The notes: generated by a model from the letters alone, not told the origin. Counted from the first letter of the stretch, positions 1 through 13,700 are shown. The stretch is DNA of 64,000 nucleotides from Candidatus Magasanikiibacteriota bacterium (GCA_014729395.1 WJJZ01000001.1:3634-67633); one strand, 5' to 3'. Made by a program: numbers and translations.

Positions 1-1208
1 TTGACCAACGGAAGACTGCTTTTCATCCCGGTTGAGTGAAGCATTGTCCCCCACTTCAAAAGCCCTATTGATGTCCCAAAAGACAAGTCCTTTACCTTAT
101 CAGCAGCCCCTTTTATATCGAGAGGATATCCCAAAGAAGCAGGCAAACCCATAATATCTTTTGAAAATTCAACCAAACCGCCGATTTTCGAACCGCCTCC
201 GGTAAAGAGAACACCTGCCGGTAATACTCCCGCTTTTTGCACTGAAGTTAATTCTTCATTTACTTTTTCTAAGATTTCCGCTACTCTTGCCCCAACAATC
301 TCAGCAACATATTTTTTTGAAACTTCTTCAAAAACTTCTGATCCGCAATCTTTTAAATTAATTTTTTCTTTTTTTAATATTTTATCGGCCTCACATTCAC
401 CAAAATAAATTTTAACTCTTTCAGCAACATCAATTGAACTTCTCAATCCTATCGCCACGTCGTTTGTTATGTGTTCTGACCCAACCGGAATTACAGCCGT
501 ATGAACAACATCACCATCTTCATAAACTACTAAACTGGTTGTGGATGATCCAATATTAACCACAACGACTCCTAATTCTTTTTGTCGCGGTGTTGTTACC
601 ACTTCACCATTGGCCAATATGGAAAGCACCAAATCATCTATATCAACTCCGGCTCTGTATACTGTTTTGGTAATATTTTTTATATGAGAGGATAATCCAT
701 AAATTATACGCGTATCCGCCTCTAGTCTTATTCCGGTCATACCCACAGGATCTTTTATTCCCGTTTGACCATCTACGGAAAAAGTCATTGGAATAACATG
801 CAATACTTCATAATTTAACGGAGCTGCCACAGTTCTCGCCGCCTCTACCGCTCTATCAACATCTTCGTCTTCGATTTCCCCATCGGTTTTGGCTACTGCA
901 ACCACACCTTTGCTCTCTTGAGAAATTATGTCGGTTCCTGATATGCCCACCCACAGATGCTCTATTGGGCAACCAATAGTTCTCTCTGTTTTTTCAAGCG
1001 CGTTTGATACGGAAGAAACACATTCTTCAATACTCGTAATAACACCCTTGTGAACACCTTCTGAGGGAACTTCAACCGCAGCTAAAATTTGAATATTTCT
1101 TTTATTTTTTTCATCCGGATCATATTGACCAACCACAACCCTAACAGCACTTGAGCCAATATCAATACCCGAAATTATTTCTAAATTTTGTTTCCTTTTG
1201 AATATCAT
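1..1208 (-). CDS. ftsA: Cell division protein FtsA (3' end outside window)
   Basis: Manual translation from ATG 1208: MIFKRKQNLEIISGIDIGSSAVRVVVG, later VVVNIGSSTT and GVSFTGGGS actin-ATPase motifs; not in the ORF track because it is truncated. Confidence 0.95.
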   Translation of the reverse strand, partial: MIFKRKQNLEIISGIDIGSSAVRVVVGQYDPDEKNKRNIQILAAVEVPSEGVHKGVITSIEECVSSVSNALEKTERTIGCPIEHLWVGISGTDIISQESKGVVAVAKTDGEIEDEDVDRAVEAARTVAAPLNYEVLHVIPMTFSVDGQTGIKDPVGMTGIRLEADTRIIYGLSSHIKNITKTVYRAGVDIDDLVLSILANGEVVTTPRQKELGVVVVNIGSSTTSLVVYEDGDVVHTAVIPVGSEHITNDVAIGLRSSIDVAERVKIYFGECEADKILKKEKINLKDCGSEVFEEVSKKYVAEIVGARVAEILEKVNEELTSVQKAGVLPAGVLFTGGGSKIGGLVEFSKDIMGLPASLGYPLDIKGAADKVKDLSFGTSIGLLKWGTMLHSTGMKSSLPLV

Positions 1209-1243
1209 AATCGCTTTTTTGCTGTAACATCTATAATAACATC

Positions 1244-1609
1244 TTACCAGATTATTTTAAATATATGGGGTAAAAAAATAAGTAAACCGACAATAAACGC
1301 TCCTGTCGAAGCGACAAAAACAGTGGCTGCCATAATATCCTTTATAAGCTTTACTTTATGATGGAGTCTGGGTTTTGTCACATCAACAAACAATTCAATA
1401 GCACTATTTATCAATTCCAAAATTAAGATTAATAAAATTAAAAGAATCAAAGCAATTCTTTCATAATCACCGATTGGAAAAATTATCATTCCCATGACAA
1501 CAATAAATGCTACAAAAATTTGAATTCTAAAATTTTGTTCATTTTTAAAAACGTAAACCAGTCCATGGATTGCGTTTTTAAAACCCTTAATTAATAATCT
1601 TATTTTCAT
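1244..1609 (-). CDS. dgkA: Diacylglycerol/undecaprenol kinase family protein
   Basis: EQNFRIQ, ELINSAIELFVD and KDIMAA motifs, 3 TM segments, adjacent to ybeY. Confidence 0.9.
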   Translation of the reverse strand: MKIRLLIKGFKNAIHGLVYVFKNEQNFRIQIFVAFIVVMGMIIFPIGDYERIALILLILLILILELINSAIELFVDVTKPRLHHKVKLIKDIMAATVFVASTGAFIVGLLIFLPHIFKIIW

Positions 1610-2036
1610 AAATTTTTTTTACCATTTTTTCTTGTAGCGCAAACATTTTTTCCGCCTCTTTTTTATTTTGATGATCAAATCCAAGTAAATGCAAAAGTCC
1701 ATGAACAATTATTCTACTCAATTCCTGTTTGTACGGAACGGAAAATTTTTTGGCATTTTTTCTTACATATGGAACTGATATGAATATATCACCTATTTCT
1801 CCTGATCTTATTGGCATTTTATCACCCTCGTTCATTGTAAAAGCCAAAACGTCAGTATCTTTTTTTACTGCCCTAAACCGTTTATTTAATGACTTCATTT
1901 TATCCGAACCTACAAAATGAATACTGGTCTTACTTTGTGTTTTCTTTAAATTTTTAAATACCATTTCAACAATTTTTTGTATTTTTTTTTCAGACAATCC
2001 CGGTTTTGAAACTGTTGAATAAATATTTAATTCCAT
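1587..2036 (-). CDS. ybeY: rRNA maturation endoribonuclease YbeY
   Basis: TDVLAF, GDIFIS and HGLLHLLGFDH zinc motif. Confidence 0.95.
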   Translation of the reverse strand: MELNIYSTVSKPGLSEKKIQKIVEMVFKNLKKTQSKTSIHFVGSDKMKSLNKRFRAVKKDTDVLAFTMNEGDKMPIRSGEIGDIFISVPYVRKNAKKFSVPYKQELSRIIVHGLLHLLGFDHQNKKEAEKMFALQEKMVKKIYENKIIN

Positions 2037-2038
2037 AA

Positions 2039-3238
2039 TTATTGAGTACTAGTAGTCGTTGTGGTAACTTCAGGCTGCGGAATAATTTGAACTTGTTCCG
2101 GAATTTCTATATCTGTGTCTGACGGTCGAAAGCTTTGCATTATCATTTGCATTATATGTCGATAAGGAGCGGTAGCGGTAGTTCCGGGTTGATAAATAAT
2201 TACAAATACATAGTTGTCAGTTTCAAAATAAGCAACCAGATCATCATCGCGTCTATAGCCATCTTCCTGAAATCTATTTTCAAATTCAATCAAATCGCTA
2301 AAATTTTGTCCTTCCGCATTTCTACCAAACCATGCTCTAAAATTTTCTGTTGCTAATTTTTGAATTACACGAACCTCTACATAATCACCGGTAAAAGCAC
2401 TAAACAGAACTTGCTCATATTCATTATCAACCACACCGACTTGCCATACGGATGGATAATACAGTCTGTACTGCCATCTGGGATTTACATATTCTCTAAC
2501 CAATCCCGAATCAATTAACTTTGTCGGCGCAAAACCGATCGGACTGTATAAATTAAAGACTTCCTGTCCATCATAATACCCGTCTTCATCAGTATCCCAA
2601 ACAGATATTTCAGTATTAAAGACTTCCTCTTCCATGTCGGAAAGCGAATCTTCATCCGAGTCCGATGAATCAGTATAAGTCGACTGAGGGAAAGATAAAG
2701 CTTGAACCTCAAGTGATGGGGTTGTGGTAGGTACTTCCTCTGCTACACTTTGGGTAGAGGTCGCTTCTATAACCTCCTCCTCTTCTTCCTCTTCCGCTTC
2801 GGTTTCCTCCTCTGTTGTCTCTTCAACCGTTTCTGCAGGAGTAGTTTCAGTTTCCGTTTCTGATTGTCCACCGATAAAACCACTGCTATATAAATAATAT
2901 AAAACTATAGCCACTATACCAATAATTATTATAACCGCAAAAAGTAATACAAGTTTCAGATTGCTCTTTTTTCCGGGACCCGGTTTTGGAATTTTAGTCG
3001 TCTGGGGAGTAGGTGTCTGTTTTTTCTGTATTTGTTTTTCCTTTATGTTTTCGGTTGGTACTTTTTTTTCCAATGAAGCCGGTTCAGACTTTTTTTTCAA
3101 TTTTTTTTCCGCCACAGGAGATTTCTCATGATAAATTTCCGGATCAGCACCACCATAAAAAATATCCGGAATTGTCTTTATATTATAAGTATTCCCTTTA
3201 TTTTTATCATTTGATTCTGTTTTTTTACTGCCTAACAT
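2039..3238 (-). CDS. Single-pass membrane protein with acidic linker, TSP3-like Ca-binding repeats and a PsbP-like C-terminal domain
   Basis: TM LVLLFAVIIIIGIVAIVLYYL; DSDEDSLSD and DTDEDGYYDGQEV; YVNPRWQYRLYYPSVWQV. Confidence 0.7.
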   Translation of the reverse strand: MLGSKKTESNDKNKGNTYNIKTIPDIFYGGADPEIYHEKSPVAEKKLKKKSEPASLEKKVPTENIKEKQIQKKQTPTPQTTKIPKPGPGKKSNLKLVLLFAVIIIIGIVAIVLYYLYSSGFIGGQSETETETTPAETVEETTEEETEAEEEEEEEVIEATSTQSVAEEVPTTTPSLEVQALSFPQSTYTDSSDSDEDSLSDMEEEVFNTEISVWDTDEDGYYDGQEVFNLYSPIGFAPTKLIDSGLVREYVNPRWQYRLYYPSVWQVGVVDNEYEQVLFSAFTGDYVEVRVIQKLATENFRAWFGRNAEGQNFSDLIEFENRFQEDGYRRDDDLVAYFETDNYVFVIIYQPGTTATAPYRHIMQMIMQSFRPSDTDIEIPEQVQIIPQPEVTTTTTSTQ

Positions 3239-3251
3239 ATTTTTTTATTTA

Positions 3252-4223
3252 TTATTGTTGGGTTGTTGTTGGTGGTTCAAACAATTTACCTTCTCCGGCC
3301 GGATTATAACCCGCTTTTATTTCTTCTCCGTCCAAATAACCATCACCATCTGAATCGGGATTCAAAGGATCAGTATTCCAAATTAAAACCTCGTCTCCAT
3401 CACTAACGCCATCATTATCCGTGTCTCTTTTATTGGGATCGGTTCCATAACTGGCCTCGCGATCATCATCCAATCTGTCGTTATCGGAATCAACCGGTTC
3501 GCCAAATAATAACTCATCATCTGCCATATCTTCTTCAACCTCATTTATTTGCTCAAGGTCTTCGGTATCAGTACTGCCGGTTGCCGGAATTACCGGTTCT
3601 TCAATCTCAAAACTCTCTTCTACTTGAGTGTTATCCGTTTCCATGTCTGTTTGTTCTTCCGTAGTAAAAATGTCGTCTTGCTCATCCACTTGAATAAACC
3701 TAACATAGACCAGCCAACCGCCACCGCCAATAATTAACAATACCACAACTGTGATAATAACTGCCATTAGTCCTTTACTCAAAACCGGTTCTTTCACAAC
3801 ATATGGTTGACTTTCTTCAGTACCGGCGGGTGTTTGCATACCGGCCCCGGGTGCTTGACCCGATCCTGAAGGTGCTGCAACAGACGGCGGAGAAGCAGGT
3901 GTCTGCGGAGGAGTCTGAATTTTTTGTTCTGGCATTTTCGGACTTGTATTAGTGCTCGGTGGCCGTGCTTTATTTGTATCAATCGGACTTGTTTCCGGAA
4001 CATCGTCCTTTGCTTTCATAACACCGGCTCCCAGAGCTGAAGGAACTTGTGCACTAGCTGAATTATCTTTATCACTTTGTTTTATATCCGGATTAGCCGG
4101 TTGATTTACGTTGTTTTGGGGAGCAGAATCATCTGTTCCGGAAAACATATCTTCAGGTTCACCCACAGGTAAATTACCGGGTACCTGGCCACCTGTATTT
4201 GGAATTGGTTTATCATCAAACAT
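3252..4223 (-). CDS. Single-pass membrane protein with Pro-rich N-terminus and bacterial TSP3 Ca-binding repeats
   Basis: TM at ~aa 153-175; DSDNDRLDD, DTDNDGVSDGDEV, DSDGDGYLDGEEIKAGYNP. Confidence 0.75.
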   Translation of the reverse strand: MFDDKPIPNTGGQVPGNLPVGEPEDMFSGTDDSAPQNNVNQPANPDIKQSDKDNSASAQVPSALGAGVMKAKDDVPETSPIDTNKARPPSTNTSPKMPEQKIQTPPQTPASPPSVAAPSGSGQAPGAGMQTPAGTEESQPYVVKEPVLSKGLMAVIITVVVLLIIGGGGWLVYVRFIQVDEQDDIFTTEEQTDMETDNTQVEESFEIEEPVIPATGSTDTEDLEQINEVEEDMADDELLFGEPVDSDNDRLDDDREASYGTDPNKRDTDNDGVSDGDEVLIWNTDPLNPDSDGDGYLDGEEIKAGYNPAGEGKLFEPPTTTQQ

Positions 4224-4225
4224 AG

Positions 4226-4310
4226 TTTGGAATTTAAAATTTTGAATTTAGAATATAGAATCCAGACATTTTTCCAGATTCTAAATTCTATATTCCAGAT
4301 TCTAAATTCT
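4226..4310. repeat. Inverted heptamer tandem array (GAATTTA-like / TTCTAAA-like)
   Basis: gaatttaaaattttgaatttagaatatagaat facing attctaaattctatattccagattctaaattcta. Confidence 0.7.
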
Positions 4311-4707
4311 ATAAATCCCCTGCCCCTGCCGGGTTATATCCTTTTAAAACTTCCCAACCATCAGAGTAGCCATCACCGTCACTATCGACATTTTTGGGAT
4401 CTGTCTGCCAAACGTCTAACTCGGCCACATCACTCAAACCGTCACCATCTGAATCGTATTCCGTATCACTCGTACCCATAGCCGCCTCTTCTTCATCACT
4501 AATCCCATCTCTATCTTGATCACCGGGAGACAAATCAGGCTCCAAATTTTGCTGCTCCGGTTCTTGTGTTTCTTCTGTCTGAGTTTCGTCGACCGGCTGA
4601 TCCACCTTACTTCTCCGTATGAAAAAAGTCACAAAAAAAACCATTATTGCAGCTATTAGTATTAAACCTATTGTAATTAATATTTTTTTCATATTTATGG
4701 TGTACAA
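4309..4707 (-). CDS. Small membrane-anchored protein with TSP3 Ca-binding repeats (start possibly at MKKILIT)
   Basis: N-terminal TM; DQDRDGISD, DSDGDGLSD, DSDGDGYSDGWEV..GYNP. Confidence 0.75.
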   Translation of the reverse strand: MYTINMKKILITIGLILIAAIMVFFVTFFIRRSKVDQPVDETQTEETQEPEQQNLEPDLSPGDQDRDGISDEEEAAMGTSDTEYDSDGDGLSDVAELDVWQTDPKNVDSDGDGYSDGWEVLKGYNPAGAGDL

Positions 4708-7700
4708 ATAGTATTGGGGGTATCATTTAAAACATCACAAAAACCGGTTTGAATTTGCTGAACAGGACTAATTCTCCAATCAAATTCCAAATTTTCCGAT
4801 TTCCATTCAAGATTGAATACATGCCAGTATCTTGCCGTTGGGTTGGATGATGACTGTGCACTCTTTATTGAAAAACTAGTAATCGGTTTGTAAACGGAGT
4901 GAGCTGGTACTTGTCCTTCGTGAAAAGTGTAAATATCCACAGTTAAATTGCTGTTTGTAAAATTGCTGATTGGTACCTCTCCCAAACTACCAATAGCTTC
5001 AACAAAAAACGCAATAGGTGGTCTCACTTCAAAAGTCCTGTTCAGATAATACCAACCATTGGTATCGATAGTCATGGCTTGAATAAACGTCTTGTCCAAA
5101 CTTTGAACCGGGTGTACAAAAAGCAATCTTGATTGATCACGTGTAAAATCATCACTTGGTCTGATAACTGTATATGGATTACATGCTGTTGGCCAGAAAT
5201 ATCTACCATGATTAAATTCTGTAGAATTATATTCAGCTTCTTCCTTATATGTAGTTTGCTCCATCTGATCGCAATACCATGGATCGGCGGGATTGGTGGT
5301 ATCGGAAATCGCTTCACTTAGATTCTTTATAAGAGCCTTTCTTTCTTCCAGATCTTCGGCGTTTTTGTCAAAAATCTGACTATACAAAACACCGTTAAAA
5401 ATTACATTACGATCATCTTCTTTATCTGTCCAACGCACAACCACCCTGAATACATTGTCAGGAACTGCCGGAGAAACGATATATTCGTGTTCAATCGGCC
5501 CTGTTTGTCCGCTAACCGGATAGCTGAAAAGGTCGCCGTAGTTTAATAATTGATCGCGATTATAGATATTTAGATTTACTGCGGGAGATTTTTTAATCTC
5601 AAGCGGTGAAAAATATAATTTATACTCATCAACACACAAAGCGTCGCTCTCAAGCCTAACCTTTTCACCGGATAAATTTTCACTACTACCTGAATTCCTA
5701 AGTGCTTCTTGAATTGTGTAGTCAAAATATATTGGAGTGCTGCCATTGCCGGTTGATCCCAATCTGCGCCAGCCAAAAGTATACCCGTCTTCAATACCAT
5801 CTCTGTCCGGGTCATACCAACGATACATCAAAACATGTTGGAGTCCGTCAAAATTTCTTTCCGGAAAAGCCCACCAATTTGTTCCTTCACCAAGAGTACT
5901 TTGCGGAACGCCACCACCTGTAATCGGATTTAGAAAGGCCATATTGGCAATGGTATTTATATTTTGATCCAAGCTGGCTGTACACTCAACGCAATTATTA
6001 TCCAATTTCTGACAACTTTCGCTACAGCTCACACTCCCCAAATCAGTACAGGTTAAGACATTGTTCTCATTACACAATGTATAGTTTGGTAAACATTCAC
6101 CATAAAATTGGACATCGTTTGTTATGTAATTCGATATATTATTACTATAATCCTCCTCTTTTAAGTCCAAGATCAAACCATCATCAGGAGCAAGGCAAGT
6201 TGTTTGGTCATTTGGGTCACAGATAATACTCGGATCCTCTGAACAGTGATAACCCAACATGTCTTCTAAATCCGCTTCTGAAGATAAATGGACAAGTGAC
6301 AGAACAAGCAGTTTGCAAGCAATCACTTTTGGATCGTCAAGATCTTCATCCAGCCAACTACAGATCGCATTCATATTATCTTCCGAATTTTCGAGCATTT
6401 CAGGATAGTACTGAACCCTAACCTTTCCATCGTTTAGTCTTCTGACAAAACTCGGGGCTACAGTCTGTGAACATACTTCGTCAGACACGATAATGTTTTC
6501 CCCAACAGTTTCACATTTTTCTCCATTTTCAGCTTGAACAATACCATCACCACAATAAGCGGTCGGTTCTCTAAACAATACATTTCTACAATCAGCCGAA
6601 CAATATGTACAATTTTGTCCATATTCAGGCTGACACGGAATACCATTCTGTGAGCCCAGATCACAAGCTTCCATTACCCCTTCGTTGTTTGGAGCCTGAA
6701 CCACATTATCACCACATGCACCGATATTTTCCGCTTCCACCCCTTGTTGAACAGGTCCTTCATATACACCCTCGCATTCTACCCTGTAACCATTGGAATT
6801 GGTAATATTTAGCTCAACACTGCATGAGTTATTACAATCATACCCACTACCATAACACCTGGTATAATAAACCAAAATATTAAATTCATCCAATTTACCG
6901 TATCGCTCCAAAACCTGATCACATGAAAGTCCATAACTGTGACAAATTTGATTACCGGTAATATTGCTTGTACATTCCGGGATAGCTTGACCCTCATAGT
7001 CCCCACTGGAACTGTCAAACACGTCGTAATTTCCTCTACTTATGTAAATATCGGTTGAATTATCTGCTGTAGAAGTTGTTAGATAAGGGCCTGCATTGTA
7101 ACAAGAATTATTCTCTCTTTCGCACTGCTCACTACAACCATCAAAATTATCTAGGTTGCCATCGTCACAGGTTTCATAATCAGGCTGGACTAAATTGTCT
7201 CCACAGTATCCACCATAACCTTGACAATCAATTGAGCAAGATTTTTCCATTTCAAAAGCATATTGCCCCCAAAGAGGTCTCATAGACCAATCACAAAACT
7301 CATATTCTTCTTGAAAAACTGTATCTCCGCAATAACCAAGTCCGGACAAAGCATTACAATCTTCACCACAATGACCATAAGAACCGTTTAATTCCCCATC
7401 ATCACACAACTCTCCTTGATCAACCACTCCGTTGCCGCAAATACCAACACCGGGGCATTCTGTTGGTTGCCAAGTGCACTGATCCGTACATATTCGACAA
7501 TTAGCCGCATCAACACGTCCGGGTGGATCACAGCTCTCACCTGCATTGACCACAGAATCACCGCACACCCCTCCTTCGGGAGTATGAGTTTGATTTGGCA
7601 CACAATATGGCTCTGTATCAAATCTACCCCTATTGATACCATATCTGTCTATTATAGAGTTATTTAAGCTTAAAAATTCAAGCGGGGCATGGAAAATATA

Positions 7701-10700
7701 ATTTTCATTTGATTCGTATTCATATTCATAGACGCTCATTTCTTGGGGGCATATATATTTTGATTGTTCTGCATTCCAGCATGTGTTCACCTCAACATTT
7801 GGATCAACAGCTTCACAACCGGTCCACTGATTGACCGGGTCAACCGCTACACCCTGTATATCCGAACCCAATCGATTACCCCAAGAAGGCCATTTTGATA
7901 CGGTATAACCGGGTATAAAAGTACCGGAAGATAAAAATGGATAGGTTCCGTTTTGACTTCGATATATATCCAAATTTCTTTGTGCGCCGGAAATATCCTC
8001 CAAACGATCCAAATCTCTTAAAAATTCAGTCCTGTCAGCATTACACTCCATATCAATCAAACCTGCATCCTGATCCTCGCATTGTGGTGGAACTGAATTA
8101 TCTTTTATACAACGGATATAACTACCATAATCCCCTTCAAGAGAAAGTCTATGTATCGTCGGAATATTTGAAACGAATTTTCTTACCCAATTACCCACCA
8201 AACTAGAACGTGAACTCCAATAAAAAGATATTGCCGGATTACCAAATAAACCACTTAAATCCGTAAAGCCGTTTGCAACAGCGTTAAAATTGGAAGCACC
8301 TCCGACTTTTAGTAATTCACCTTGATTGGTTCCTCTAAATCCAACGTCATCGGAACATAACTCACCCTCCGGACCCGGACCCAAGCCTTCACACATTCCC
8401 TCTTGTTCTTCTAATATTTTCCACTCTTCATCTGTCGGAATATGCCAGCCAACTGGACAAATCCCGCGACTTCCGGATATATTTGAATAATTCATTGACT
8501 CATCCCATCTGTACAATCCACCAAAATTGTTACAATTTGTTTCATTATTTTCCAAGCAATATTTTTCTATAATGTTGTTATCTGTCTGAGCTTGCGAAGA
8601 GTTAATCATGGTTCCAATATTAATATTTTCAGCCATCCAACATTGGCTTCCAATTTGGAGTGTACCGTACGATTGACCTTGATAATCAAGTTGATCACCG
8701 CAAGTAAATTCAGGAGGACATTCTATTGTTTGCTCCACCTCCATACTCGGACAATCGAAATCATTTAAACAAAACCCAGCCGGATCACCACCATCTACAG
8801 GTGTACAATAACGCAGGTCACTCATGTTTGTATTAAATTTCAAAGAATTAATCAATTGTTCAAACACCTGTCTTGTTTCTTGTGAAGCATTAATATTTAT
8901 ACTGAATAGATAAACATTTCTGTAAATAGTTGAATCTCCGGTTGCCTCCTCACCGGTCAAATTATATGCATTTATATAAAAGTTGTTATCATCAGCCAAA
9001 CCCTGGTAGCCGTCCACTTCAACTCGACGCATATTGTCAACATTTTCAAATCCTTTTGAACTGTACCATTCATTAATATTTAAAAAGTCCGGGTTGGAAA
9101 AAATTTGCACCCCGATAACATCATCATTTTTGTCATTGAAAAATAAAACTTGTTTTTGTGTATCCTCTGCCAATTCAATTTCTTGATCAATGTCAACAGG
9201 TCTGATAAAGGGCAAATCATCGAATGTCACACCGGATACCCCTGCATCCAAACAATAACTCATTGTGAAATAATAACCCTCCCTCTCAAAAACATCATAG
9301 GGACGCCACAGATCCCCCATCCTTTCCGGCCATGGTTTTTCACAAAACATAGCCGTCAAATCAAATAAGTCCGTAAATATAAGGCCGGTCTGATTATTTT
9401 GTGAATCAATATCAACAGTAATTTTCGCACTTAAAACTCCTGTTTCATACCCTTCAACCTCTCGAGATGCAATGTTCACAGTCTCCGCATTTGAATTATC
9501 ACCTTCTACAGGTATTGAAAAAACCCGGGAATCATTTGGTCCCCATGCCCATTCCCAATAATAGACACCGGGTATTCTAACGATTTCCTGTTCTATACCG
9601 GTTGGAGTTTCACTAATTGCCATAGCTATAAAATTGTATTCTTGTTGCGGAGCGTAAAATAAATGACTATCAGGCACAGCTTCAACCGCTTTAAGTTTAC
9701 AAATATCACTCCCGGTTCTAAATTGCCAAGCGTCGGAAATATTTGAATTTTCCGGATTTTTAATACCCACACCTCTTGTATCTCTTATTCCATCACCGCC
9801 GCCTGTAAGCAAAACCGCATAGGTTGTCTCGGGATCAAGTAAATCTTCTAAATATATCGAAACCGTACTGCTTCCAACCGTTCCGTCGGGCAAATAAGAA
9901 TAGCTAACTTCCGGTCTGGTACTAATAGCACCACTGCACCAAGTTTCGATTGCCGCATAGCTTTCATCACCGAAAAATTCTAAAAAGAAATTTTTAACTC
10001 GATGCCATAATCTAGCAAAAAAACTATCAGACTGATTATACGCCAAGGCTCCGTTTACAACACCTGTTACGTTTTGTTGGCCTTGTTCAGTACAATCAAA
10101 ATCTTGATCATCGGAACCACTTGCAATTATTAAATTTCCCGACAAGGTGTCATCGTCAATTTCACCATCAAAAGTAACACTGATCAAAGAGTTACGACAA
10201 ATAGAATTGGATCCGGACTCCGGATATTCATCAATCCTGGAAAGTCTCTCAAAACAACACGAATTTTCCGCCACACCATATATGTTATCGCTATTATCAG
10301 CGCAATCATTATACAAACCATCTCTTGGAGAATCATATTCGGTATAACCACATTGCAAATAATAATCAGCGTCTCCGACAACAGTGCCTGCCGGAAGATT
10401 TATTGGTGTAGTGGAAGTTCGCTGCATTACAGCTTCTGCTTCAATTTTTGCAAATTGCCTTAAAGTTTCTTCGTCTACCACACCTTCACCGATTGCCGTT
10501 GCCACCTGAATAGGATTTAAACCTGCCTGTAAATTTGCATCTAAAACTTCCAATTCACAATCGGAGCTTTCGCCTATTCCGACAACAGCATCACCACAAA
10601 GAGATGATTCCGAATAAGATACTGAGGATCCGGCCAAGGTGCATTCTTCCGTACAACCTTCAACTCCGGAATCACACTGACTAAACGGAGTGTCACATAC

Positions 10701-13700
10701 ATTAATAAATAAACAACGATCATTACAATTATTATCCGTTATTCCATTTATACCTATTTCGCACTGTTCCCCATCTTCAAGTACACCATTACCACAAACA
10801 CTGACTGCATTTAGACACTCAACACTACCTGAAAAAGCTGAATTACTACACCATGCTTGAGACAAAGGTGTACCCGTATGAAGACAAGAGTTTGAGCACC
10901 CATATTCACCGGTCAAAGACAGATCGCCGGCAAAAGAGGCATCATCCAAACTTATACCGATATCACAATCCTCACCTACTGTTACATCTCTGCTGCCGCA
11001 CCATGGTAAATCCAAATTTCCCTGGGGCTCCGCTGTACTGGATCCGCTCCAAGTACAATTATTATTACAAAACTCATTGAGTGCCGGATCACATTCTTCA
11101 CCCAAAGCGGTTTCTATTTCAGCATTTCCACAATTTTCACCTGTCGAACCCGGGCGCAAACAGTTTAGAGTACAGGACTTACCAACTTCTTCGCCTATTT
11201 TTGCTATGTCGCAATCTTCTCCGGGGTCAAGCACACCATTTCCGCACAAGAAAGGATCTCTTGTATAACTGTCTCTTTGTATATCCGATCCGGAAGGTAC
11301 GCAACCCAAATTACAAAATGAATTCGGATTCCCTTGAAGTGTAAAATCCGATAAATCGACAACCGATTCATCCAAACTGCGCCAATCCCAACCATAGTTC
11401 CAAGGGTTTAATTCTTGTCCATAGGGATTACAGGTATCCGGCGACCCATAAGAAAAAGCGCTATAGCGAGTTTTTTCTCCAATTACATTTGACACATGTG
11501 GATTGGGTTGTAGTCGAATATCGTTTATTTGACAATAGACATTGTCGGATTTTGTTCTAAATTTCCATGAAAAATCATCCGGCAAGGCTTTGCCGTCTCT
11601 TTGCTCGGGTTCAAACTGGCCAATCGATACAATCCCGGTTTGCCCTCCTCTTACCGTGACTTTATACCATGAATCTTTTTCCAAAACTTGGAGTGGTAAT
11701 AAATATGAATGCAGTTCGAAATAATTTTGATTATCAGCCGGAACATCCAAAGCTATCTCCGTCTCATCAACTTCGTTACACAACTCATCACTACATTTTT
11801 GCAAATAAATATTATTCTGGTATGTTTCCGGATTCATATGTCTACTGAACCGAACTCCGAAACCGGTATTTATACAGGCCTCTGCACAATCAGGCCAAAA
11901 ATCCACAACTTCAGGTTCTTGTAAATCAATTATCAATGTACTGGAAGCAATAATTTGATTCTCTACCAACACCCCTCCGGTAGTGGTGGAAATATCGGTC
12001 TGAGCTATAATTTGAACACTATCAGGTGCGGTATGAGCTTTTGCATCGCCTTTTGCTTTTGTGTCAGTATGATATTCATCAGACTCAACCTGAATTGTAG
12101 CAGCGGAATTATTATCCGTGGTCCAATCCCAACCGAGTCCATCCACGGGCAATACCGAACACTCTTGATTTCCTCGTCCCCATAAATAATAGTAAAAAGG
12201 AAGCTCGCCAAGAATTTCAGTAATATATTCCGGAGGGTTCATACCGGCTGCAGTTAAAGTACACAATTCACCACCGGTTTTAAAGTCAAAACAATAAGCC
12301 GTACCATCACCACAAGGTCTAGTTATCTGTAAAGGTTGTGACGGTACCTCGGCTACACCAAGGACGCTTTGTTGTGGTAGTGATCTGATCCCCTCAAGTA
12401 ATTCTACATGATACCAAGTATTAGGCTCCAGATTCTCGGTTGTCGACAATCTTATTACTTCCTCTTCATAATTTAAATTAATATCTTCAATCGCCACACT
12501 GTTTTCTTCGCAATCTATTTCTTCACCATTGCCACAACTGTATAGAAGCACATTATCCGTAAAAGAATTCTGATCCATAGGCAATGTGAACCTGACTGCA
12601 ATTTCTGAATTCAAACATGCTTGCCTACCTTTTCTCCATCTTTCCCAAGGTGTTGGTGACGGAAATTCCAATTGCAAGTCGGTATCAAACCAATCATCTT
12701 CTTCACAAGCTTCAACCACTTGAGGCACCTGAGGCATATAGCCTGTGGTAAAACGCCAAGTATATCCGGCAGATCGCACCTCACCCTTACAAGCGGTTCC
12801 AACCGGTCTCCATATTCCCGCATCTTCTCCGACCGTACAACATTTGTGAGTTTCTGAAATTGGTGAATCAGGATTTTCCCTACAATCTTCAACAGTATAT
12901 TGCACTCCATTACTTAAAATAGTTTGACCGTCTACTTCTATACCAACTCTGATCGGACCGGTCTCCATTGAATAATTATCATTTGTCTCCGGTATTAAAG
13001 TTATTATTTGATTATTTGAAGCGGAAATTAACCAATCACCGGGTGTCAAAGTTGAAAGCCAAGTATTGCTTACTTCTTGGACATTGGCATCTTTCCACCA
13101 AAAATATACAACCGGTGAAGTACCAAAGTTAATGCCGGTTATATCCAGACCTTCACTACCAACCGGCAAAGGCGCAGGACCGGTATTTGGACTGAGCCTA
13201 CATATACTTGGCAAAGCGGCACCATCTTCTACTGTTAGTGCCTCGACACCGTCAGTTTGTGCCAATACACCATCTACATTTACCGATAAATAATATGTTC
13301 CGACTGCGGTTTCTTCACCTATCTTTACCACTATTTGTTCATCACTCCAAGTATCACCGCAAACTGCCGGCAATATTGTTTCCGTGGGAATACAATTTTC
13401 ATCATTGCAAGCAATACCGGCTGTATCTGCCAAATGTACAGTTCCTGGATTTTGTCCCAAATTTCTTCCATATATGGTTAGATAACTGCCCGGTGTAATT
13501 ACCGTTGGACTTATGGATTCAACGACCGGTTCAGTGTCAGTGTCACCATCACCCAAAACTGTAAAAGGAATACCATTGCTTAAAACATCATTGACTGAAA
13601 CTTTTACAGCCACTTCTCCGGGGTTTAAACTTTCGGGAACAGAACTGTCAATGGAATTATCTGACCAAGCCGACACCTGTGATCTAAAATTTCCGAATTG

